Shown piece after piece: positions 40,452-48,476 of a stretch of 64,000 bases of DNA (its first letter is position 1; the number at the start of each line of letters is the position of its first letter). This DNA comes from Nibricoccus sp. (lineage in GTDB: Bacteria > Verrucomicrobiota > Verrucomicrobiia > Opitutales > Opitutaceae). Made by a program: the position numbers and the translations under genes. Below the pieces are notes generated by a model that had not been told where the DNA came from, made no database searches, and saw only the letters and a list, made by a program, of their open reading frames with translations. Location: positions 256,001-320,000 of the forward strand of contig JASGHG010000001.1 in assembly GCA_047602425.1 (NCBI GenBank), in the 5' to 3' direction.

Positions 40452-40543
40452 GTTACAGGTGAGCCACGGCTATGGCCGGCGCGACGCGTGCCACGCACGC
40501 GGCGTGACGGACATAGACGTTGCGCTCTAGCGGCTGGTTGGGC
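40445..40543 (-). repeat. attC site with atypical R' (GATATGC)
   Basis: gcatatc-gttacaggtgagccacgg...acgttgcgctctagcggctg-gttgggc. Confidence 0.82.
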
Positions 40544-40553
40544 TCCGTCGTTT

Positions 40554-40763
40554 TCATTTTTTCTTTTTCCCTCGGCGACTCACTGGCTTCAGCTTGTTCT
40601 TCTTTTTTGAAACGCTCGCCGCCAGTTTCGATGCGAGATACCCAACCACGTATTCTTTCTTCGTTTGGAGGATAAAGTCTCGATTGCTTTCAAGATCACC
40701 GATCGCTCGCGACAAAATCCGCCATGTTTTCGTGGCTCGGTATTCGGAATACGGGGACGTCAT
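40554..40763 (-). CDS. cassette small basic protein
   Basis: MTSPYSEY...KKKK, 69 aa, ATG 5 nt after GTTGGGC. Confidence 0.68.
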   Translation of the reverse strand: MTSPYSEYRATKTWRILSRAIGDLESNRDFILQTKKEYVVGYLASKLAASVSKKKNKLKPVSRRGKKKK

Positions 40764-40768
40764 CTTTT

Positions 40769-40867
40769 GCCCAACGTTATAGGTCAGCCACGCCTGTGCT
40801 CGGCGCGACGGCTGCTCCGCAGCCGGCGTGACGAGCATAGGCGTTGTGCTGTAGCGCCTGGTTAGGC
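40769..40867 (-). repeat. attC site
   Basis: gcccaac...cagccacgcc / ggcgttgtgctg...gttaggc. Confidence 0.92.
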
Positions 40868-41227
40868 ATCTTTGTATTTTGTTACAAGTCGGTAATCAGA
40901 TAAAACTACCGCAATTGCCTTCTCGCTAACGTAGCCGTCTTCGCCGACCTCGTCATGATAAATACGATAAAGCGGACCTCCTTCACCGTCGGCCACACGG
41001 ATAAAATAAGGGTCTCCAGTACCAATACTGCAACCACCGACAGGAATATAACCGTCCTTATTTACAGCAATACCCGGATACAATTCTTCTGACTCTACGC
41101 GTGAGCCTTCTTCATCAAGCCATTCGATTACCGCACCAACACCAGATAAATCTTCGGCCACGGGTATTTCGATTTCCGTACCGATCAAATTATTATCTTG
41201 GGCAAATTTCTTCCAATACGGTGTCAT
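40862..41227 (-). CDS. cassette protein, SMI1/KNR4 (SUKH)-like by eye
   Basis: YIPVGGCSIGTGDPYFI...GPLYRIYHD pattern. Confidence 0.6.
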   Translation of the reverse strand: MTPYWKKFAQDNNLIGTEIEIPVAEDLSGVGAVIEWLDEEGSRVESEELYPGIAVNKDGYIPVGGCSIGTGDPYFIRVADGEGGPLYRIYHDEVGEDGYVSEKAIAVVLSDYRLVTKYKDA

Positions 41228-41237
41228 ACTTTTTTCT

Positions 41238-41336
41238 GCCTAACGTTATAGATCTGCCGCGAGCGTGTCCGGCACGGAATGTGCGCAAGCATAGTCCGTG
41301 ACGGATATGCTCGTTGGCAGTAGCGCCTAGTTCGGC
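41238..41336 (-). repeat. attC site
   Basis: gcctaac...ctgccgcgagc / gctcgttggcag...gttcggc. Confidence 0.9.
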
Positions 41337-41337
41337 T

Positions 41338-41835
41338 TCATTTTCTTGCTTTGAACTCTTCTTTGAGCACAGAAATGAACAGCATCTCCGGCGAGACTCG
41401 GTTTTGAGGGTAGCGTACACGATAATAGATCTCTACTCGTCGCGCATCCATCGGCACTGCGTACTCTTCTATCGCCATATGCCCCGTCAGCTTATCGAGC
41501 GACTTTAATGTCCATATTTGCGATACAGGCACTTGATAGATCATCGTCTCCGTCAACACTGGTTCGTAATACTCCAGCCCCGGCTCAATATCCGAACCGC
41601 GAACCGGCATCGACGTGACAGATACACCATCCACGTAAACGGCGCTGATCTGGAGTCCAACGACAGGACTAAGGTAATAACTAGCGGACCGACCTGCCGG
41701 TAGAGCAAAAACCTCATTCCGTAGATCGGAGAAATGCGTCGTGACAAAGCGGATCTGCTCCGTCGCCTTAGGCTCACCCTGCGCCACAACTGCAGCGTAG
41801 AGAAATACAATAACGATTGTCGCTAGGTGTTTCAT
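41338..41835 (-). CDS. cassette secreted hypothetical protein
   Basis: MKHLATIVIVFLYAAVVA signal peptide; ATG 5 nt after core. Confidence 0.75.
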   Translation of the reverse strand: MKHLATIVIVFLYAAVVAQGEPKATEQIRFVTTHFSDLRNEVFALPAGRSASYYLSPVVGLQISAVYVDGVSVTSMPVRGSDIEPGLEYYEPVLTETMIYQVPVSQIWTLKSLDKLTGHMAIEEYAVPMDARRVEIYYRVRYPQNRVSPEMLFISVLKEEFKARK

Positions 41836-41840
41836 ATTTT

Positions 41841-41940
41841 GCCGAACGTTCAAGATCAGCCACGACCGCAGATGGCGCGGGTCGTGCGCCAGCACGAACC
41901 GTGACAGCTGTGGTCGTTGTGCTGTGGCGCCTTGTTCGAT
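41841..41940 (-). repeat. attC site
   Basis: gccgaac...cagccacgacc / ggtcgttgtgctg...gttcgat. Confidence 0.88.
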
Positions 41941-41955
41941 CGGTTTGCTCTCTGA

Positions 41956-42285
41956 CTAGAGCAGGTCATGCGTAGTAAAGGGATCACGACCGATCGACGC
42001 TGAGTGAACTCTGAAATGGGCGCGTAAAATCGCTTCGACCTGCGAATTTTCGAGCGCCTGGTGCTGAACGGCATCGAGCAGAATACCTGAATCGTCGTTT
42101 CCGATCTTCTCTTGGGAGTCGTCACACTGACAGCAGCCGTAGCCGTCGAAAGAGATTCTGACCAAGCCAACCCGCCCTCCTTGATCAACGTCGAAATCAG
42201 CAAACACGCTGTCGTCCTGTAGGGCCAAGCAGAACTTGCATGGCCTTGTCGGCATCGTAGGCGCTACTCGTATGGAAAGGGCCAT
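41956..42285 (-). CDS. cassette hypothetical protein (CxxC, ISFDGYGCC)
   Basis: 109 aa ORF filling the cassette. Confidence 0.7.
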   Translation of the reverse strand: MALSIRVAPTMPTRPCKFCLALQDDSVFADFDVDQGGRVGLVRISFDGYGCCQCDDSQEKIGNDDSGILLDAVQHQALENSQVEAILRAHFRVHSASIGRDPFTTHDLL

Positions 42286-42293
42286 GGGTCTGT

Positions 42294-42392
42294 GCCGAAC
42301 GTCAACGGTGAGCCACGCCTGTGCTCGGCGCGACGGCTGCCCCGCAGCTGGCGTGACGAGCATAGGCGTTGTGCTCTAGCGCCTTGTTCGGC
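42294..42392 (-). repeat. attC site
   Basis: gccgaac...gagccacgcc / ggcgttgtgctc...gttcggc. Confidence 0.92.
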
Positions 42393-42396
42393 TGTT

Positions 42397-42837
42397 TTAT
42401 GGAGCGAATGTATAAGGCGGAGGACACAACTGAATCGTAGAATCGATATATGTCTTAACTATCTTAAAAGTCTTTTTGTCTTCCCTTTCGCATGAAAAAA
42501 CAGCCCACCCTTTTGAACTATCCAAAGTCCGTAATTCAAATATACCAGAATCCGGATCCTTCGTGACAAACAGCCATCGCCCCGCCCCTAAAGAAAAGCT
42601 ATCGCACTTAGAAAACTTGGTGCCAACATCGATTGCACTTATTTCAAGATCCTCGATCTTTTGGGTTTTCGTTATGCTTTCTTTCAGGAAAACGTGGAGA
42701 GCCCGAAAATCGTATCGTGAAGCAACGCTTCGCTGCCACTTTTTGCTAGCTCTTTTTAATTCGCTGCGGGATTCAGGGGTAAGTACTACAAAACCGCAGC
42801 TCAAGAACGCCAAGAGTAAAAGTAAAACTGGTTTCAT
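42397..42837 (-). CDS. cassette exported/lipoprotein hypothetical
   Basis: MKPVLLLLLAFLSC N-terminus. Confidence 0.75.
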   Translation of the reverse strand: MKPVLLLLLAFLSCGFVVLTPESRSELKRASKKWQRSVASRYDFRALHVFLKESITKTQKIEDLEISAIDVGTKFSKCDSFSLGAGRWLFVTKDPDSGIFELRTLDSSKGWAVFSCEREDKKTFKIVKTYIDSTIQLCPPPYTFAP

Positions 42838-42841
42838 ATTT

Positions 42842-42939
42842 GCCGAACGTTAAAGATGTGCCGCGCCTATGGCTGGCGCGCCTCCTGCCCCGCAGGAGGC
42901 GTGACGGACATAGGCGTTGGCACTAGCGCCTGGTTCGCC
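42842..42939 (-). repeat. attC site
   Basis: gccgaac...gtgccgcgcc / ggcgttggcac...gttcgcc. Confidence 0.92.
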
Positions 42940-43370
42940 CTAATAAACCAGCGTGCTAAAGAGATTATAGCTACAAGCAAAGGCCCCCCGAACGTCCACA
43001 AGCTAATAAAGTCTATCTGTTTTACCGACGACAAAAAGGAAATCGAAACAGCACATCCTGAAATCAAGAGAATGGTCAAAATCAGTCTAAGCAATCTATG
43101 CTTCTTCGCTCGTGCACTAGTGATAAAGATCGAAGTAAAAACAGCGATTATGCTAAAGGGCGATAAAACCAAAACCGGGAAAAGTAGCACGCCAGAGACT
43201 GACCAACCGTGCAATCCGTCGTATGTGGAAGGAGCAAATACACTGACCGGGAAAAGCCACGAAAACGGAAAATATATCAGGATGGGGAAGCAAAGCGTCA
43301 GCTGGGCCATCGGCGATACAACCTCCATCGCAACACGGAAACCTCGGCCAAAGTTAATGCGTGTTTCCAT
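42867..43370 (-). CDS. cassette membrane protein; C-terminus read through attC
   Basis: METRINFG start 3 nt after core; four TMs; ends NQALVPTPMSVTPPAGQEARQP. Confidence 0.7.
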   Translation of the reverse strand: METRINFGRGFRVAMEVVSPMAQLTLCFPILIYFPFSWLFPVSVFAPSTYDGLHGWSVSGVLLFPVLVLSPFSIIAVFTSIFITSARAKKHRLLRLILTILLISGCAVSISFLSSVKQIDFISLWTFGGPLLVAIISLARWFIRANQALVPTPMSVTPPAGQEARQP

Positions 43371-43373
43371 TCT

Positions 43374-43472
43374 GGCGAACGTTATAGGTGAGCCACGCCT
43401 GTGACCGGCGCGACGTGTGCCCCGCACACGGCGTGACGGACACAGGCGTTGTGCTCTAGCGCCTGGTTAGGC
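43374..43472 (-). repeat. attC site
   Basis: ggcgaac...gagccacgcc / ggcgttgtgctc...gttaggc. Confidence 0.92.
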
Positions 43473-43742
43473 CGTCTTCTTTTTGTCCCTGATTCCATCG
43501 AGATGTACTTTCCTGGCCTCGGCCTTTCGGGTTCGTTCAGCCACTCGACACTTGCGGCACCTTACCGCCTTCGTCTCGAACAGCCCTCCAGCAACTTCAT
43601 ACCACCATTTCTGCTGGCTAGCTTTCCAGACCTCAGCCTTCCCGCAATCCTTACAAACAAACGATTGGTCTTCGTAATAATCGGGAATCCACGGGCCTGC
43701 CATCGACTCCATCGATCGAATTTTTTCTGGATCGACTGGCAC
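43467..43742 (-). CDS. cassette zinc-ribbon domain protein (possible 5' frameshift)
   Basis: YYEDQSFVCKDCG..W....QKWWYE...RCRKCR; the cassette-proximal ATG at 43795 is out of frame. Confidence 0.75.
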   Translation of the reverse strand: MPVDPEKIRSMESMAGPWIPDYYEDQSFVCKDCGKAEVWKASQQKWWYEVAGGLFETKAVRCRKCRVAERTRKAEARKVHLDGIRDKKKTA

Positions 43743-43806
43743 GCGCTCTTCGGCGTCGGTTTAGCCGATTTGGTGTGCTTGCGGCCAAGGCTCATTTTCT
43801 GATTTT

Positions 43807-43885
43807 GCCTAACGTTTGAGGTCAGCCACGCCGTACTGGCGGGCAAAGATTAAAAGGACGGACGCGATCATAGGCGTTGCGCTGT
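43807..43885 (-). repeat. attC site interrupted by IS110 copy 3 (remainder at 45643-45657)
   Basis: gcctaac...cagccacgcc...ggcgttgcgctgt | IS | agcggctg-gttcggc. Confidence 0.88.
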
Positions 43886-43990
43886 ATGCTACTAATAGGC
43901 GGATGAGGTAACATAAGGGGCGGCCCCGGCACGGACTAGACGGTGACAAGCACGTAACCGGCACTCCTTAGCCGGAGCCGCAATCTAACC

Positions 43991-45256
43991 ATGATAACGA
44001 ACAAAGCACTTAATGGCAGAACGCACTCCGGGCAACCGGAAACTCGCTGGGATATCGCCGTCGACGTTGGGCAAAAAGCACTGGACTGGTACGGTGAACT
44101 CGGGGCCCAGGCGCACCAAGGCCATATCGCCAATCGCAATGAGGCCATCCTCTCATGGCTGGAACAACTCAACACCCACGCCCGCCAGCACGGCCTTGGC
44201 GGCGTGCGCATCCTCTGCGAACCCACCGGCGGATACGAACGGCGCCTGCTGCGCGCGGCCCGCCAACTCGGCTGCGCCACCGCCTTGGTCAACGGCGAAG
44301 CCGTCCACCAGATGCAAGTGGTCGAGAACAACGATACCGGCAAAAGCGACATCAAAGATCCCCGCACGATTTTACTATTGGCCAAATGGAACAAAACCCT
44401 GACCGATCGTCCCCTCCAAGGCGAGTGGCTGCTCCTGCGCGAACTCAACGCCCGCTACGACCGGCTCGAACGCGACTCCACCCGCTGTAAAAACAGGATT
44501 CATAAACTGCTCCTCTCGCTCTTCCCCGAATTGAGCTTTAAAAACGACTGGCTCTTCGAAGGCCGCGCCGCCCAAGCCACGATCGCACTCTACGGCCTGA
44601 ACGCCGCCGCGATCCTCGCCGACGGCCTGGAACGCTGCACCGCCAAACTGCGCAACCACCACGTTGGCCCAAAGACCATCCAGCGACTCTTCGCCGACGC
44701 CCAGCGCTGCGCCCTGATCGACTCCGACCCCGACTGGCTGGCCCTGCTCGCCGAGGACCTGCGCGCCCTCTTTGCCGAACTCACCGTGCTGCGCACCCGC
44801 CGAACCAACACCCGCCAGCAAATGATCGCCCTGGTCGAACGCCTGCGCGCCCGCGGCGCCACCCGCCTGCAAGCCCATCCCGACCTGATCAGCCCCTTCA
44901 TGCTCGCCCGTGTCCTCGCCGAGACCGGACCGCTCCGGGACTTTGCCCACGTGCGCCAACTCTGGCGCTACGGCGGGCTCAACCTGCGGCCCCGCCAAAG
45001 CGGCACCATGCAAGGCCAACTCCGCCAAGCCAAACGCGGCCGCGCCCGCCTGCGCCACGTCCTCGCCCAAGCCGTCCTCAAACGCGTCGTGCACGGACAA
45101 CTCTACGGGCAATACTACCACGCCAAACGCGACACCGGCATGTGCGGCGGCAAAGCCATGACCGCGGTCGCCCGCAAGTTCCTCAAACTGCTCCACGGCC
45201 TTGAACGCTCGCCCCAACCCTTCGACCCGAAGCGCGTTTTCCGCTCCGCCGCCTAA
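43991..45256 (+). CDS. IS110 family recombinase/transposase
   Basis: Protein identical to copy 2. Confidence 0.95.
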   Translation: MITNKALNGRTHSGQPETRWDIAVDVGQKALDWYGELGAQAHQGHIANRNEAILSWLEQLNTHARQHGLGGVRILCEPTGGYERRLLRAARQLGCATALVNGEAVHQMQVVENNDTGKSDIKDPRTILLLAKWNKTLTDRPLQGEWLLLRELNARYDRLERDSTRCKNRIHKLLLSLFPELSFKNDWLFEGRAAQATIALYGLNAAAILADGLERCTAKLRNHHVGPKTIQRLFADAQRCALIDSDPDWLALLAEDLRALFAELTVLRTRRTNTRQQMIALVERLRARGATRLQAHPDLISPFMLARVLAETGPLRDFAHVRQLWRYGGLNLRPRQSGTMQGQLRQAKRGRARLRHVLAQAVLKRVVHGQLYGQYYHAKRDTGMCGGKAMTAVARKFLKLLHGLERSPQPFDPKRVFRSAA

Positions 45257-45642
45257 ACCACTTCCTTGATCTATTTTAGCCGACATTAACTTTTGCTTTT
45301 CCGGGAAACCCGCCGCTTGAGGGCCACCAGCCGTTCCGCACAGCCTCGCTGATGCTCAACTGTATGTTTTAAAGCCCCGACGGCGGGCCTCCCGGTCTTA
45401 CCGCCCTTTAAGTATCGTCCGGGCCAGCCCTCAAAAGCTGGACCAACTCATGGGGATCGTCGCGGAGGACCGGGCTCCTGGTTAAAGCGCCAAAACCATA
45501 TCCATCTCATGTAACCAAAACCACCTGCTACATCCTGCCCCCCGGGGCTCGTCCTCCGACGAGCTGGAGGCCCATTCTCGGACTCGCCCCTCTCCCCCCT
45601 GACGGCAAAATCAAACTTACCCCTTGATTTTACCTAAAGGGG
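45257..45642 (+). ncRNA. candidate bridge/seek RNA region of IS110 copy 3
   Basis: Near-identical to 38554-38938. Confidence 0.6.
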
Positions 45643-45951
45643 AGCGGCTGGTTCGGCTCCGTCTTGCTTCTCAAAAGGCTCAATGTGGCAATAGGGATAA
45701 GCTTCAGTCGCCGCGAAATACTTCTTGGTGAGCGATTCTTTAACGTCTGATAAGTGACGGATTTCTTCATGCTCACCGAGCACTACTATCTTCACTTTAA
45801 AATGGGTGGCGTATTCTTTCAGGGTGGCTTTCGCACCTTCTACTGACTCGTCACAGGTGTATCCAAGCGCATACGACATGATCCGCTCTTTTGTACGCTG
45901 TGGATGCCCGGGCAGCAGCTCTACGGACAATTGAAAGATCCTAAATTTCAT
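45634..45951 (-). CDS. cassette hypothetical protein; stop codon supplied by IS110 end
   Basis: ATG 4 nt after GTTCGGC; reads through R'' into the IS. Confidence 0.68.
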   Translation of the reverse strand: MKFRIFQLSVELLPGHPQRTKERIMSYALGYTCDESVEGAKATLKEYATHFKVKIVVLGEHEEIRHLSDVKESLTKKYFAATEAYPYCHIEPFEKQDGAEPAAPL

Positions 45952-45955
45952 TTTT

Positions 45956-46054
45956 GCCGAACGTTATAGGTGAGCCACGGCTATGTCCGGCGTGACTCGT
46001 GCCACGCACGAGGCATGACGGACATGGACGTTGTGCTCTAGCGCCTGGTTGGGC
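45956..46054 (-). repeat. attC site
   Basis: gccgaac...gagccacgg / acgttgtgctc...gttgggc. Confidence 0.9.
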
Positions 46055-46067
46055 GGTTTTCCAATCA

Positions 46068-46418
46068 TTAGAAAATCCTCGTTTCTCCCTTTCCTGTCCC
46101 TGCGTCGTGGTGCACCACAAAGTCGACTTTCTTCGACATCGAAAACTCAAGCATCTGCTGAAATAGTCCCTGTGCTTCCGCTGGCGGTACGTACAGGCAG
46201 CGCAAATCGATCTTAACTCTATCAGACGGCTTGAGCCCGTTCTGCGCTGCGATTCCGCCCTTAAGAATAAAAGTCATATATGCTGAAAACTTCTTCTCTA
46301 AATCGGCCATGATCGCGTCGATTTCGCTCCACTCACGCGACTCGAGCATGATCAATACTACCGTACCGTCGTGGTCCTGACCGAGAATATCAACCGAGGT
46401 ATGATCTTGTGTGGTCAT
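46068..46418 (-). CDS. cassette hypothetical protein (DUF6572-like by eye)
   Basis: VDI...VVLIMLESREW...LEKKFSAYMTFILKG. Confidence 0.7.
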   Translation of the reverse strand: MTTQDHTSVDILGQDHDGTVVLIMLESREWSEIDAIMADLEKKFSAYMTFILKGGIAAQNGLKPSDRVKIDLRCLYVPPAEAQGLFQQMLEFSMSKKVDFVVHHDAGTGKGETRIF

Positions 46419-46422
46419 CTTT

Positions 46423-46512
46423 GCCCAACGTCAACGGTGAGCCACGCCATGAGCGACGTAGCTAAACAGAAAGGGACCAGCAATGGCGTTGTGCTCTAGC
46501 ATCTGGTTAGGC
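46423..46512 (-). repeat. attC site of first cassette
   Basis: gcccaac...gagccacgccat / atggcgttgtgctc...gttaggc. Confidence 0.9.
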
Positions 46513-46917
46513 TCCTTCAATCCCTTCTTTGAACTTCAAATGACGATTGCCGATGCGGTCTTCAGCGATGAGACCCACCACTCTTTCCGTGTCTATATAA
46601 TCTCCTAGCCTATCTAAAGGAATCGGCATAATAACCCTAAACAACGCCCGCGATAGTTCGGGCTTAATAATACTATTCTGTGAGCCAACAACAAGATACT
46701 CAGCCACCCGAGGATCATCTTTCCGGTGCCAAAGAAACGAAACTGCAACGGTCAGACGAAGGCCAAGTGGACTATCTGGCGATACGGGCTGCTCTCGTTT
46801 CTGGAGCACGAGATCAATCTCGGACATTAATTTTTCCAGTGATACCGTGGAAAGGGACCAGCGACGCAAAAGCTGCTCTAGATCATATTCCCACTGGGAC
46901 ATGTAGTAATCAATCAT
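46507..46917 (-). CDS. first cassette hypothetical protein
   Basis: 136 aa, bounded by GTTAGGC / GCCTAAC. Confidence 0.72.
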   Translation of the reverse strand: MIDYYMSQWEYDLEQLLRRWSLSTVSLEKLMSEIDLVLQKREQPVSPDSPLGLRLTVAVSFLWHRKDDPRVAEYLVVGSQNSIIKPELSRALFRVIMPIPLDRLGDYIDTERVVGLIAEDRIGNRHLKFKEGIEGA

Positions 46918-46930
46918 GTGGTTCGTCTTC

Positions 46931-46955
46931 GCCTAACAGTGTATTATCCGGCACG
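46931..46955 (-). other. probable attI site
   Basis: Minus strand GTGCCGGATAATACACT-GTTAGGC: last R'-type core, with no attC palindrome upstream, lying between first cassette and intI. Confidence 0.7.
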
Positions 46956-47521
46956 AGAGTGCAGGATATCAAAGGTTATGGTTTTGAGATTTTGCATGGA
47001 GCTTTCCGTCTTCTGGATGAAATGCTTTTCGTTCGAAAAAAGGAGTTTAAAAAATTAAACCGCTGCCGCTACGTTTAAAGTTCCGGCACTTTTCTGCCAA
47101 AATTCTTCCACAAATAACAGCAATAAAAACCGGCGAGGGCATTTTCTTAACCAAGAGGCTGGGCTAAGATTTTTCTATTTTTGGATGTCATATCAATCTC
47201 GACCGGGAGATCTTCGACGGTTCCGCCCTTTGCTGGCGATCCGGAGAGGCGTCGATTACGACTTTCCTATTCCACTGTTAAATATCATCTTGCGTGGTCA
47301 ATAGATGGCTTCGCCCGGTCGCTTCGTCGAGAGAAACAACGCGGCATAACCTTTTCTTTGATCTAGCATTTTCCTAACTAATAAACCGTTCCAGCTTCAA
47401 CCCGTTCGGAACGAGTTGGCATGAAAAGGGACGATGGTGCGTGATATTACGGAAACGTTTTTGGCGGTTTTTGCCCACCTGAATTCTCTGATTCGCATCA
47501 ACAACGGTCCTGCCCCTTAAC

Positions 47522-48088
47522 ATGTTACCCAACGCCAAACCGAACAAAGAGGCCCAAAATCTGCCAAAAAATTCTTCCATGAAAACCGGCGTGCAAAATC
47601 CGGACTGGTCCAAGCCGGTGATCTTCCGCGAATGGCGTGACCACTTGATGCTGGAGCCGTTCGACGATGCTACGAAATCGCGGTATATCCGCGCGCTCAG
47701 AGAGTTCTTCGCCCATTGCAAGAAGTCTGGAAAGCTGGCCTCCATCGGGTTCGCCAAGGCTTACTTGGATGCAGGGACGGTTCAAGGCAAATGCGGTCCG
47801 GTCGATCGCGAGGCGTTGCGGTGGTTTTTCCACACTTACAAAAAAGAAGCCGTCCACCTGCGCCCCCGTTTCCAGCAGGCCACTTTCAAGCCTCAACCGA
47901 TGCCCATCTCCAAGGATGCTCCAGCGTGGGAGGCAAAGCTCATCCGCGCCGTCAGGGTGCGGGGGTTGCTGTGGAACACGGAACAGGCGTATCGCAATTG
48001 GTTGCGCCGGTTCGCCAAGGCCATCGGCCCAATGACTAAACCGGCGTTTCGCGGCTATGACATATTTGAAATGCCGCAGGGCGGATAA
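47522..48088 (+). pseudogene. intI: integron integrase, N-terminal fragment only
   Basis: KLIRAVRVRGLLWNTEQAYRNWLRRF resembles the IntI N-terminal SAM-like motif (R.RHYS..TE..Y..W..RF); divergent from array; stops about 25 aa later with no RHRHY catalytic domain. Confidence 0.75.
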
Positions 48089-48254
48089 AGGGAAAGGTCC
48101 TCGTTGATTTAGGGAAGGGGCGCGACCGCCGTGCGCAGGCAAAGGCGGAGGAGGAGCATGAAGAAAGATAAAGAGAAGGAGGAAAGATATGGGGAAGACC
48201 GAAGCTTTAGATAAGGTGCTTGGGCAGAATCCCGGGAATTTTCCCGCCCTGGAG

Positions 48255-48329
48255 TGGTGCAAGCGCCGGGAGTCGAACCCGGATCAACGGCTTCGGAGAC
48301 CGCTACACTATCCATTGTGCTACGCCTGC
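48255..48329 (-). tRNA. tRNA-Arg(CCG)
   Basis: rc GCAGGCG...GCGGT-CT-CCG-AA-GCCGT...GGTTCGACTCC...CGCTTGC-ACCA; cloverleaf with encoded CCA. Confidence 0.95.
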
Positions 48330-48476
48330 AATCGTGCGCAGACGTTCTTGCCTCTCTCCTCCCGATTCAAGGTTTTTCTCCAACGCTTCCCCTCCCGCCC
48401 GGCTTTCGGTTGAGTTTTCGTGTTGCGGCACGCGCCGTTTGGCTTTGGCCTCACGGTTTAACTCGCACGCCTTATC

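Larger units (their letters stand above)
43886..45642 (+). mobile_element. IS110-family element copy 3 (intact) in attC
   Basis: Same ends and insertion point as copies 1 and 2. Confidence 0.94.
30297..48088 (-). mobile_element. integron: cassette array (about 22 cassettes) with probable attI and truncated intI
   Basis: Short co-oriented AT-richer ORFs each separated by 70-100 bp imperfect palindromes with R''/R' cores; divergent integrase remnant at right end. Confidence 0.93.

Noticed and set aside
31074..46512. Regularly recurring repeats as a CRISPR array
   Set aside because: Repeats are about 100 bp variable palindromes separated by whole genes; no cas genes; they fit attC
46940..47580. 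LexA box or defined Pc/Pint promoters upstream of intI
   Set aside because: No convincing CTGT-N8-ACAG or TGTTC-N4-GAACA match seen by eye; promoter hexamers ambiguous
47374..48262. Minus-strand ORFs 47374-47757 and 47525-48262
   Set aside because: Overlap the integrase remnant and tRNA; no recognisable motifs
48255..48329. tRNA-Arg as attachment site of a genomic island carrying the integron and EPS cluster
   Set aside because: I found no duplicated tRNA 3' end on the left side and no island integrase; cannot be supported
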